The notes below the pieces were generated by a model. It saw only the letters and a list, made by a program, of their open reading frames with translations, was not told the origin of the DNA and did no database searches. Made by a program: the position numbers and the translations under genes. Source: Balanoglossus misakiensis (taxonomy: Eukaryota; Animalia; Hemichordata). From it: a stretch of 64,000 nucleotides of DNA. Location: positions 5,832,110-5,896,109 of the forward strand of contig CM082584.2 in NCBI GenBank assembly GCA_040954595.2. Reading direction: 5' to 3'. Numbering within the stretch: position 1 is the first letter of the stretch; each line of letters opens with the position of its first letter. This document shows positions 1-12,700 of the stretch, in pieces.

Positions 1-315
1 CCTGTTTACTTGTTATATACATGTATTAAGATTAAAAAACTGGTAATTTCCAGCATATATATATGAAAATTTCAAGAGGATATCGTTATTTCACAGGATC
101 ACAACACGTGAAAAATGTTATAGCGCGTCCGTGTGTGTGTATCTTTCTGTTAGCACGATATCTCAAGAACGGTTGATCAGATTTCGATCAGGTTTGGGAC
201 ACAGATGAAACTAGTACTTGTCGCTAAACTGTAGTATGTTTTGAAAATGCTAAAACATGCTGGATAATAAAACTGAATGTACTGGCCGTGGGGAGAAGAG
301 AACAAAGATACTGAC

Positions 316-3300
316 CAACACATTGTCTATCTTCATATCCCTGTGTATATATCCCCTGTCGTGGATAAACGCTAATGCTGATATCAACTGCTTTGACATG
401 TCTTTCATCAGATTCAGAGCCGTTCGTCTTCCGGGGGTGCCGGGTGCATGTTTTGCGGGGATCCGCTCTTTGAAGTTGAAGATGAAATCCTTCAGACCGA
501 CACACAGTTCGAACGCCATGGCCAATTGTTTGCGTGGTTTTCGGCGCAGAGCAGAACCGTAGTATGTGACTACATGAGGACCGGATAATTTGCTAGAAAT
601 GAAAACATCAAAAATGACGTTAGACCCGAGGATGTAGCCATGGGCATGTTACGTTTTTAACATTGATTAAAACATGCTGCAAGTAAGATGGTAAAGTAAA
701 ATATCTTCCCTTGTCCAAAACTACATCATAGAGAAAAACACACATTTTTTATCTGTGTATTAAAGATTCGTGTCGGAAATAAGTGCAAACAGTCATGAAA
801 AGATCTTGAAGGTAAGACCAACAAAATTTATGTTAGCAAAGCCAAAAATTGCATCCAGAAAAAGATTCCAAACTACATGTATAGCATATAATCGCAAGCT
901 TATAGGGCAAAATAGATGTTTTATGTCTCGTTTGAAACCTGGATTTCATTGCTTTAACAACAACGTGAAGGATGTCTTCTTTTCGTTAAATTTATTATTG
1001 CTCATCGGATACCTGTCTTGTGACCAATCATGATTTACCTGAGAGCTTCTTCCTCTGTGACGTAATCAGTAGCCAGGTCTGGCGTCACGTTTTCGCGCAG
1101 TACTTTCAAGGCGATTGGGATCTCTTCGCCTCTTCTCACTAAAGTAGCGTGGAACACGTCGGCGAAACTGCCACTAGCGATGGCCGACAGGGGACTCCAG
1201 TCTCGCAGATCCTCGAACCTGAACTCGTATTCTCGTACATTCTCGAGCTGATACAGGTTCAGTTTGCTGATGATTTTATAGCACGTACGGTAGAGTCTTG
1301 TGTACTCGTCTTTTGTGTGCGCCGATATCTGTCTGTCGCGGTTGATACTTTCCATGAGGCTGCGATCAGCGTTGATGATCTTGGGAACTAAGTTCATGAG
1401 CTGAGATAACGATCCGTCTAGGTCGTCGAACTGGTCGTGTACAATTCTCTCTAGATTCTCCCGCTCGCAGAATTCTTTGAGGACTTCCTTGGCAGTTTCT
1501 TGCAGGTGGTGCACTTTGTTTTTTCTATAGTCCTCCAGTTTTTTCCTGGCCGACACCCGCCTGTGTATTGCATAGATCCCCGCCGCTGGAACCCACACAA
1601 TGCTGGCCACCACTGCCAGCGGAACCAAAATGGGAGCACTGGCACCGAGCGCTATCTTAGTCGAGGTCGGCATTCTGTACGCCTCCGAGACTTCGTCGTA
1701 GCTGCCGAACGGTTTGAGTTCAAATGATCTACCGACGGACATCGCCTCCTCCACTTCCGACAGATAGTCCTCAAGCAGACCGAACTTCTCTTTGAAATTA
1801 ATCTGCAACTGCTGCCTGGTTTTCTTGAACCACTGATTGTCGCCGTCCCACTCGTAGACGAGACCCTCGATTCGTTTCAATATGGCCGCCCTCGTGTGCT
1901 TCTCGACGGCGTCCATGGTTCTCAGGTCCAGGGCGTCGGCTTCTGTCCAGTGAGTGATGGCATCCAGACAGTCCTCGGTGAGATATGTTTGAAGGGACTC
2001 CACGATCCGGTTCTTCTGCTCTTCTAAATCTTCCCTGATGTCTCTGAACACCGTCTCCGCGTCCCGGCTGCACTTCATGAGCCTTTCTTGGATGTATTGG
2101 TACCGTGACGTCATCTCGTCGGCCGATAAATTGGCGTTGTACAGCTTGGTTCGCAGATGAAGAAGTGAGCGCGACATGAGATGTAGTAACCATCTGTAAC
2201 GGTAACAAATGGTAACTATAGTGATCTCTTTGGTTGACAGAAAGCGACCACTTATCACGTGCAATCGATGTGTCCTATTATCATGATAATACATCCACTA
2301 AAATTGCTTGCAAACAACTGTTATTAAATCTCTACATTCTGGATTCCGTCATCAACATTTACAACGAAATATTTACAAGTGCCATGCAAAGTACAATCGA
2401 ATCTACATTACACAGAAAAAAACACAAGTGACCTTAAATTGGTTATTACATAGCATCGATGAGAACAGCAATGGTTTTGACAGGACAGGACACTTCCTAA
2501 ACTTATGTTCAGGATGTTATCTGGAACGACCATTGTCAAGTTCCTTACTAGATTCGATTAAGGAAAGACATACTCACTCATAATAACACTTCAATTTGTA
2601 TTTCAAGCTGATTGGAAGAAGTCTTTCAATGCCATCCAGGAGTTTGTCAAAGTCACCAGTCGGTAGATTAACCGCCTTTAACGACACTTCTGCCTGTAAT
2701 AGAAACAGGCAAGTGAAAAATCAAAACCATGAATATCAGACAACGAAAGCCAGCGATTTCCCAGGTTCAGTTTTCGTGACACGCTGGAATGTCTGAAGAG
2801 CGCCACCAAATAAGGAAACTTAAACACATTTGTTTTTATTCGCATAACGCACATACCTTCTGAGTTGAGACATAAAACACTTGCTCATCCTCCAGTCCTT
2901 CCCAACACGTGCGTAACTTTTCCATTGTATCCATTTTCACCAAATCTTCTTCGTTATCAGGGACCTGAACGACAGGATTTAGTTGAATGATAAATTTGTG
3001 GAGTTCAGTGAAAGAGGCGGATGGCCTCAAATGAAGTAAACTTGAACAAAAATCAAGCACTCGACGAAGTTGGACATACATGTACTGCCAAATTTTTTAC
3101 GGACAGACGCTCGGTCAGATAGACAACCTATTATGCATATTTGCATATATGACCCTACCTGGTCCCATTTATTGCACACGAAGATGGCCGATTTGGGATC
3201 GAAGGTGCGTAATTGACCACCGCTGTCTGAAGAAACACTTCGTAGTAGTTTCTGGAGCTGATTGGAAAATATACACAACGAATTGTTTATATGTTATACC

Positions 3301-6300
3301 ATTTATAACGTTAGCAGAGAGTTTTGTTTGTTTGACAGAACATAACTAAAAGTGTAAGCGTCTTCTGTCAACGATATGTATTTGCATCAACATCGTTGCT
3401 ATGAGTGCCTGGATAGATCCATTTCGTGTCAATTTGAGACGATAGCAACGTATTCTTTTTCACCAAACTCCCCTGAAATAAGTTGTGATACTAGACTTGG
3501 TATATCTCGAATAATTTTTTCCACTTGAAAAGAATATCCATGGTTTAAAATCACTACCCCATGTTCAATCTGAAGCTACTCCAAAGTCAAGACCTACCCT
3601 GTCTTGTTGTACGCCCCCAGCGTTGGCACTGTTCACAACGTAGATGAACCCAAATGCGTTCGGCAAATACGACATAACTTGTTGCGTCATTTCGCGGTTT
3701 TCACCGATCCCGGGGCTGTCGACGATGAACAAACCACCCTGAAAAGATAAAACAAATACTCATTAGCGTTAACGACGGATTTAGTGAACACATTCGCGAT
3801 CTGAAACTGTCTCACTTCGCATTACTTTCCATCCAAGCACCAAAGATATTATAATTCTCATTCTCGCGAGCCAGAGTCACAACTCCGCAACTCTGAAATT
3901 GTTGCCGTAAAGAAGTCGTGGTTTGAGACGATGATAATTCTGAGATCCGGTTCTGACATTGGCAAAATACGTCATGAAAATCAATGCTGATTGAAACATT
4001 ACCTGCAGCAGCGCAAACGGCCAAAATATCTCCACTTTACTGAAGGCCGATCCCTTTTCACGCTCCTCTTTTTTGTGGATGTATTTTTCCAACTTCTGGA
4101 GACATTCCTGTTCGTCATCGCCAAGGTCATCGATGTCTTCGGTGGTTCCATCCACTCGATGGACACGCGCCCTCTTGCGGTCGCCATATTTCAACTCACA
4201 GATGACCGAGGTTGAACTCAGTAAGGACACAGGCAAAATGTTGGCCCCTAATATGAGATTCAGCAGCGAACTCTTGCCGGACGATGTCTCGCCTGAATAA
4301 AGACGGAAACAACGACGAGTGTGTCAATCAAACTGCAACCGACAGTCTAAGGTTATCTGTCTAAATCGTGAAGGTGAAACTATCTGGAACCGCCCTCTTA
4401 CCCAATCCATCGACCCCCTCCCCCCGAATCTGACCAGTCCATAACCTGTCCCGGAACTTGCACATCGAACTGTTAACTTGATTATGCAGACTGAAAAGGC
4501 GCGCCGTCGCTAGAGGCGCTCTACACGATCCAACTCGAGACATGAATGCGCAAATTCGACAGAGCAGTCACGTGGCTTGAAGGTCATATTCAAGTACACC
4601 TTATCACCTATAGCAGCTTTTCCCGGTTACGACGATACTAATGACCTTAAACATATGTGTTTGTGGAGATATCTCTAGACATGTATGTACCAGATTATAA
4701 CTCATTTAGTGACGTCATAATCACATACTACTTACCAGCAATGAGAATAGGACATTCATTTTTGGCCAACTGGCAGATATGGTCCCTGATTTTCTGTTCA
4801 TAATTTTCCACGTTTTCTTGAAGATGACTTTTATTACTATCATTGACTGATTTGACATAGTTGTCCACTTCCTGGTAAAGTTCAATCAGTAATTGCCTCC
4901 TCTCTTTGTCCGTGTCAAGGATACTCTTTAACACGTCAGCACCCTGTAAGAGCCAATAAAACGATCATTCATTTAGTCGTGTAAATACTTATATCCCTCG
5001 TGTATGTGACAGCAGCCATTGCAGCATTCCTTATACTCTAGTAGTATACGGTATGCAAATCACTTCAGTTTTTTTGTGTGTGTTTCTTGGGATTCAGCTT
5101 TATGACGTCATGCATACTGGTCTGTTCTATCCTGATCAGGGTATCCTAAACATGTATAAAGTTCAGCATGGGCGTTCTGATTGAAATCAACTGAGGCCTA
5201 GAGATAGGCGGCGTCTTTACCCTTGCTTGGATTGTTGCTCGCGTTCAGACTAAGCAAAGACGCCGCGTGTATCTCTACAGCTGAGTTTAAATTAAATCAG
5301 TTTGAGCCTTGAGTTGGATGAAACGTCTCATTTTTCTCGTCCTGACAAACCGGTAGATTGCACTTTAATGATTGTGCCCTAGTTCAGCATAACTGCCCTA
5401 ACGCAGAGATTTGTGAAAATGCGGGGCGCTCTCTCTTCATCATGCATGTCTATGGGCGACTAAACGCAACATGATTGGCCAAGCCTGGGAAGGTTGGCAG
5501 CAATGATATTCACGACAGACATCGATGAGAATAAAAGAATTACATGCGCAACACAAGGAAAATACATCCGATATACAACACCCGGCGACAAAGGTATTCA
5601 CCAGTAATAAAATCGGGTCAAGCCCTAGAGTCATTGTGAAGAACAATGAACACATAAATTATACTACATGTATTCAAAAACGCCGGGGATCAGGTATTTT
5701 GAAATATATACGAGAAGTTATTTCTTCTGGTTACCGAAACACGCCGAACTTTTGGATTTAAGAGCTCTACATTCACGCTTTCAGTAAAAAAGCACAACCG
5801 CATCCCGCATATCTAGGAAGTAGAAGTGTGTTAAACTTGCACGGATGATTATAACGATGGAATATTCTTGTTTAGTCTTTCGCAGCAACCATTTTATCTG
5901 TCGCTGTGTTTCAAATGTTTGCTTTGGTTGCACACTTCCTTCGCGACCGCACTGCTTATCAGAACGCGTTCACTCCACTTACGCTAAAATTTGCGGAAAT
6001 TTAGTTATCTTATTATGACAATTATTAGCCCATAGGCTTGGGGCTAGCCTACGTGAACGTATCCGTCGGCAACTTGTAATACATGTACACGACTCTCATA
6101 GTATTGACACGTGTAGAAATGAGTATACAATGGCGTTCGTGACCAGTGTGTCGTAACGAAGATGACCTATGACCTCTATAGCCCAAGGGAATTATTATAC
6201 CGCTATCTGAAAATTCCATATCCGTACTTTTCTTGTCATCCGCTTCCTGAATCGACATGATGAATGAACGATTTGAAAGAAAAATATCAATGATGAAATT

Positions 6301-8128
6301 CGATCAGGTTTTTACCGTCCAGTCTATCAACATACATATGGGACTGTGTGGTAGAGGTTGGACTAGATTATATATTAATTTGTATTATTTGGTCAAATAT
6401 TAATCGTATGTGTAGTTAGGTAGGTAGATAGAGAGATAGACAAATGAACTAACTATAGCCCTTGATTCAGGGTGGATGTGACCTCAGCATCGCACTACAA
6501 CTTACTGCACGTCGGCGCGCGGGACGTGCTGCTTTTTAATGATGACGTCTATTGAAACTAAACCGAACATTTCTCAGTGTAACATCACGAAACGTTTAGT
6601 TCTAGTCTGGAATAAAATGTCTGACAGCGACACTGGAAACTTGCGACCTAATTGTGTTTCATTACGGTCGTTCAACCGGAAAAGGCGGCGACCATGGAAA
6701 AAAAGTCACATTAACTTCCTGGTGGTGAAGAAATTATTACCGGCCGAAGAACTCACAATGGTGATACAATATCTACTCAGTGATGACCAATTATACGGAA
6801 AATATAATGAATGTATTCGTTTACTCGGGTGGTTTAATTATGCACTATGTCACTCATATCCTGTTAATGAAGATAATAAATGCACAACTAAATCTGCGAA
6901 GTCGTCAATGCACATTAACATCATTATCAATGCTTATTCACAAAGCCAAACACAAACAACTATCGGTATTGGATAAGATTAAGTTTCAGATACCTACTGC
7001 GCATTGTAGCTTACTTTCGCTTGCTAAATTATCATTTACATTTCCCTTTTTTAACTTATATATTGTAGTATTCAGTCATCGGGCATATAGGCATACTTAT
7101 ATTTGGCGACTTAAACACCATTGTCCTTCGGTAGAGCTCAAGCAGGACCAAGCGAGCGCATTTGCATTACTTTTTTACCACCAAATTAAATGTCTGCTAC
7201 GGTTCAGTCTAGCATACATATGATATTCCAAATAGATAATCAGTTTTACAATTTATATGTTTGATTATGCGTGGCGAAATTCCACGAACTGTTGTGGCAA
7301 CCCGTTCACAAGTCAAAGTAACCACAACAAATGTTCTATTTTAATTAAGTGACATTAGCATTTACGGTGGCACACGGCAGATGAATGTCATCATCATTCA
7401 AAACAAAAGATTCGCCCGGTAGTCACTCAACATGGAGCTTGGCAGGCGCACACTGTACAGTGTTATGCCTCAGGCAGGTAAGCCTATGCTAAATACACAC
7501 ATGCCCACCAATCTGTGTCAAAGGTCATTGGAAAACAAGCAGCTAGAATGATTAATAGTAACGCTGCGACACCACACCCTACGATTAGAGACTACTGGTC
7601 AATTATATATGGCAGCTATATAGAGTCACGACTTGCCCGTCACGTATCATCTCTCCAAAACGTAACTTGTCGAGACAACCGTACAGAACTTATGTAATGT
7701 ATCTACGGCAGAGTTGTGGTGGCCTATACCGTGTATGGTATTACCGTGTATGGTAATGTGCAGGTTATTCTCACACTGATTATGCGAGTTGGTCAGCCTG
7801 CATCGGCCTACTTCCGCGTTCCATGTCCACTATCCACAAAGGTGAGTTTAGAAAGAGTGAAAATCGAAACCATAGTCTCCCAGGTCTCATTTTGAATTCA
7901 AAGCATAATAACTAACCACCGACAACTTACTCTTGTAAAGTGTCCCGTGCTCGAGTTCGCGTTTTGACCCCTTTTCAGGTACTGGTACAGTCGGTCTTTG
8001 CAATCTCGCAAACTTTGAAGCCCTTCCAAGCTGATCTCGTTGGCCTTCAGCAACTTGCGCGCTTGTCGCAGGTCGCTCAGCTCGGCCACGTCCCTGTCCG
8101 TGTAAGCGGCGCGTCCAGCGTTCAACAT
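316..8128 (-). CDS. Dynamin/mitofusin-like GTPase fused to a C-terminal protein kinase (DSTYK-like architecture), 'gene A'; 3' end lies beyond the left edge
   Basis: Nine coding exons join in frame at GT/AG sites: 8128-7931, 4943-4736, 4292-4003, 3738-3598, 3257-3159, 2964-2857, 2693-2578, 2193-1039, 592-316 (864 codons visible). GTPase motifs: G1 GETSSGKS, G2 region LSSTS, G3 DSPG, G4 NKWD. Hydrophobic segment IALGASAPILVPLAVVASIVWVPAAGIYAI. Kinase motifs: G-loop IASGSFADV, beta3 IALK, catalytic loop YIHRDMKIDNVL. The DFG/APE exon is outside the window. Confidence 0.88.
5177..5300. repeat. Imperfect ~124 bp foldback palindrome (MITE-like) in gene A intron 1
   Basis: Nested complementary arms: CTGATT/AATCAG, TAGAGATA/TATCTCTA, GCGGCGTCTTT/AAAGACGCCGC. 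Confidence 0.55.
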
Positions 8129-8242
8129 GTTGCCTTTGCCTCCTATAGACTGGAATATCCCCACGGAAACCTCATAAAGGCGTAAACAACGCGCACAGCC
8201 GGTATCAAAACTTACAAGATGTGCGTGCCATACGTCACTCAC

Positions 8243-8435
8243 AGTCTAAACTTTGAGCACTTTACCGTTTTATCGTGACTTCCGCGTTTGTAGGTCACTG
8301 CGCAGTCGCCGAAAAAAACTGGCAGTACACTGTATGCGGTGCCCACCTGCCAAAAACTAGAGTGGTCCAGTGAACGCGATCAGATGACTGGTTCTAACGA
8401 GGCCGCTCTCCGAAAACGGCGATTCCGAAACTGAG
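8243..8435. promoter_or_regulatory. Putative compact bidirectional promoter with non-coding first exons of genes A and B
   Basis: A minus-strand donor GTGAGT at 8242 pairs with an acceptor at 8143, just upstream of the gene A ATG. A plus-strand donor GAG|GTAATT at 8436 pairs with the acceptor TCACAG at 9726, upstream of the gene B ATG. The sequence between them is CpG-containing. TSS positions are inferred. Confidence 0.45.
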
Positions 8436-9116
8436 GTAATTTAAGAGAATTCGCCTTTTGGCGGGGGGACTGTGGTTAAACATACCAGTACTCTAGCATA
8501 TACATGTATAGTCTGCGACAGCACTCACATTTTACTGCTGAAAATGCACTTTTGAATAATACCAGTCTGAAAACGGCATGCAAGTTAGCGTATGTCCTGC
8601 TATCTTGGTACCTCAAGTGAAATGAACCCTTATCTTTCAAAACTGAAAATGCTTGTCACTAATGACCTTGAGATACGGGTGGACCTTCCCGGGACAGTAT
8701 TCAGTGTTAATGCAAAACCGGTGACGTGATCTAGTCTATGGTGGTTTCAGAAGTATGTCAAAAATCTCTTCCGGGTTGATTGTTGCCTGCCCCAAATCAG
8801 CTTGGCCACTTTCTGTGTACTCCCAAACAAAACAAAGGACAGTAAGCTCTCTCCAGCAAAGCGCAAAGACGATACACCCTATCTATTCATAACAAGCACA
8901 CTGACACCATGGTCTACCTCCATGGTGACACTGAGAAGGCAATCAATACAAAGGCACAACAATTTGAAGCATTATTTTCACGCATAGGCTGTGGTCCAGG
9001 GTCCACAATTTATCCATTGATGGCAGTGGAATCAAACTGGCCCATGATTTGTCCAACTTTCAAAGAGTTTGTGCGATTTTACGGGAGCCATACTAGAAGT
9101 ATTTAGCATGCATGCA

Positions 9117-9272
9117 TGCATACATACATACATACATACATACATACATACATACATACATACATACATACATACATACATACATACATACATACATACA
9201 TACATACATACACACACACACAGACAGACAGACATATAGACAGACATACATACATACAGACAGACAGACAGA
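9117..9272. repeat. (CATA)n microsatellite grading into (CA)n/(CAGA)n
   Basis: Tandem tetranucleotide repeat, seen directly. Confidence 0.95.
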
Positions 9273-9745
9273 CGAACTATGATCACGATTAACAATTTTG
9301 GTGAAACAGAATTAGACAGGAGATCGTTTACTAAACACGTTCACCATAAATAGTTCAGCTGATAATAAATGCACTCAACATTGAGCGTTTATGACATTCA
9401 GTATGCGCATATAGTCATATATCATTATGCCACAGTGTTATACTTGTGTCTACACGACTGTGTTACGCAGAACACGAAAGCGGAGTGTAAACACCACCAT
9501 ACCATACATGACAAGTGGGATCATTGAAGTGTTCCAGTCAAATATTAAAAGTTTTCGTACGCATATTATTATAACATGGATTGACCCCTACAGCCAGAGA
9601 GTCAGACCAGGCACCCCGATTTTTTACTTTTCAAAGATATTTATCAACATTGCTGACACACGCTTTCACTGGGACAGAGTGATACTTTGATATCGACTAA
9701 GTTAACGTGTCCATTTCGTGTCACAGGTCAACTGATACCGTAACA

Positions 9746-12700
9746 ATGGCAACCACCAACGAGTTGACGGAAGAGAAAATTAACGACATCGATGATCTGA
9801 TGACGGCCTTCGACCTTGCCGACGAACTGGATATCGATATCGACGATAATTTACAAACTCTCGATCAAGTGAAGAATTTTCTCCGATGTCACGTACGAAC
9901 GTCAACAGATCAACCACAGACTACCAACCTCAACGTAAGGGAAACAAATGAATAAATGAATGAATGAACGAACTAACTGACCAACTAAATAATAACCGTC
10001 TATGATTTCCGTTCTGTTCAATATTTAAACCCACATTTTACTCTTTCATGATTTCCAGGCGATCACCTTGGTAACGAAGTGTCAACAGGAGGATGGAGAG
10101 CGCCGCAAACGCCTGCAAGACTTGTACGAGAAAGTTGAACAACATTTCGATAATTTTGATGATCACATGAGGGCTGTCCTGCAGAAGGAAGACGCGATAG
10201 GCGATTTCACTGAGAGAGTCGTGAAAATTGTACAAAGTCTTCAAACTGGTGACTGTCCTATATTAGTTGCGGGTAAGTTTGTCCTTTTTTTCGGAAATAA
10301 ATGACCCCGGCGGTTCCACCATAGAAATGCGTGCGGGTATATGTGCCGCCCGGATGGGCTACTTTTTCACTACAAATGCACTGATTGAGAGAGAGTCTTC
10401 ACATCCACGGGTGTGCAAGCAGTGAAGTTGTCGAAGGACAAAGAAAAACGAAAGAATGTGTGAATCTCCCAGCAATCCCTAGTGGTCTAGTGGCTAGGAT
10501 ATGTGGCTTTCACCCACAAGGCCCGGGTTCGATTCCCGGCTAGGGAAAGTGAATTTTTTTGATGACGACTGTGGGTTATATAGGAAAGTATACTTGTTGT
10601 CGGTCCGCACACAGGATTGTGGTCCGCATAACCGATTGTCCTTGTAACAAAACAACCGAATCTTGTGACTAATGTCAGTAATCTTTTTTCTCATATTTTT
10701 CAAAAGATTTGTCAAGACAGCCCCGTAACAGGCTTTCAGTGTCTTTTTGATTGTTGACGAGTCGTGTCAATGCTAAATACCGTGGTACACGAAAAGTTTG
10801 TGTGTGGAAAGTAATGTGTCGAAATTTTCAATGAAACACCTACGTTAAAGCTAGAATGTAAACTGTTCATGTACATAGTAAGCCCCTTGTTTCGCTTCTG
10901 CTAGTTTTATAATAAGCACCGTTGATGAAACTATTTGGGTCCTAACTGACGGCGGATCATGACATATCCAAATTCCGCGCTTTTCGTTCTCGAAATTCAG
11001 TGTTTTCCGACAGTTTATATATTGCAAATCAAGTATATGATTATTAATAATTATTTCCCCCAGTGGTAGATAGAAAGATTTATTTCAGTATTGGTGGGCT
11101 CCGGCCAAAATGTACAAATCAGTAAGCATAAATTGTTAGCTTATCGCTAGAGACGTTGAACAGAGCAATACATAAATAAATAATAAATGAGTTATTAATG
11201 GTATCGTCCCTGAGTTTGGTGGCATAAAAATAAACCTACTAAGTTTTCTCAGTGTAATTGTATGTTGAGATGTTAAAAATAACTTAAACTTATACACCAT
11301 GGGGGTGGAATTATTTCCCCCATTGTCTGTCGCGACTTGATTTTCCCCGCGGCCACCACACGGGGAGTTAATTAAAATTATTTACATCAAACTGCATCCA
11401 AATTCTCTGCCGTTGATTGATGGGGAGGGAGGGAAAGGAGAAGAGAGAAAGAATGCTACGTAGAGTTCAGTTAAATGAGAATAAGTCGCCATTCTCTTAT
11501 TTTCAGGAGAGACTTCAGCTGGTAAGAGCAGTCTTCTGAATCTGATACTGGGAGAAGATGTGCTACCGTTCTCTCATCTCAGCTCGACTTCAACTATCTG
11601 TATTCTGCGATGGGGCCAACAGCGAAAGTTGCGTGTCAACTACATGTACGGCAGAGGATCAGAGGAAGTCACTCTGGAAGAAAGCGATGATGCACTGCTG
11701 AAAAAGCTGTCAAAATACGTCCACCAAACTAGAGATCGCGAGAAAGGCAGTAATTATGAAAGTGTCGAATTATTCATGCCTATCCCGCTTCTTAGGGTGA
11801 GAAGTTTTTCGATAGTTAAAGCTGCAATGCATTAGCTTTAAATTTTCAATATGTTGTCTGTATTTTTTTGTCTATCTACTTTCTTGTCCAAATCCCCGTA
11901 GAATTATGAAATGGCAACGCAACACACTCCTACGTAGGTCAATTTGATTTCTTCAATTTCTCTTCTGTCTCTAGAATGGAATTTTCATCGTTGACAGCCC
12001 CGGCATCGGTGAGAATGACGTCATGGATTCCATAGTCACTAGCTATTTAAATGAAGCGTTTGCTTTCGTCTACGTCATCAATAGTGCAAATGCTGGCGGT
12101 GTACAGGAAGACAGGGTGAGTTACCGTGGCTACGTAATGAAGCAATTTACTTCTGAGAAACCAAATTATTTGCGAGGTCAGATTCATGTCGCTATGGTAC
12201 AAGATGATAAAAGCTAATCGGTCGCGCTTTTGCTTTTTTTTCAAACCAGTTACAGAGATTCCTGCGTCTCGTTCTGGAGAGAAAGAGCCCGGATGAACAG
12301 ATGAAATTCAACACGAGGGCCGCAATTTTTGTCTGCAACAAATGGGACTGCGTTCCAAGGAAAGAGAGCGATCTAGTCAGAGAAGATACGATGAAAAAAC
12401 TACAGCGTTGTTGGCCTGGGTTGACAGGCTCTCAGGTATAGTTGTGTTACCAACATGGCAATATTGACACTTTTCATTGAAACTCAAATCAAACTTAAAA
12501 TAATAATAACTGTGTTGGCAGCGCAAAAACCAGAATAAACGCACATATCATTTAAGTAAAAACCTGATTATTTATTTATTTCAATATCCTGACATCACAA
12601 ATATAGCATAGCAAATGCAAAATAGTACGCTGATCACTACCATGTTGACCAAACGCTACAATGGTTCATTTCTCCCACACAGGTATTTTTCTTGTCGACG

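Noticed and set aside
6539-7223. Overlapping 145 and 147 aa plus-strand ORFs in gene A intron 1
   Set aside because: No motifs or splice context; consistent with chance ORFs or a repeat remnant.
9032-9295. CMYV-repeat ORF, and similar repeat ORFs at 23271-23529, 24630-25039 and 52716-53096
   Set aside because: These are tetranucleotide microsatellite artefacts.
10494-10715. Near-identical ORFs at 10494-10715 (-) and 13980-14186 (+) that look like a duplicated small gene
   Set aside because: They are antisense readings of the duplicated tRNA-Glu unit.
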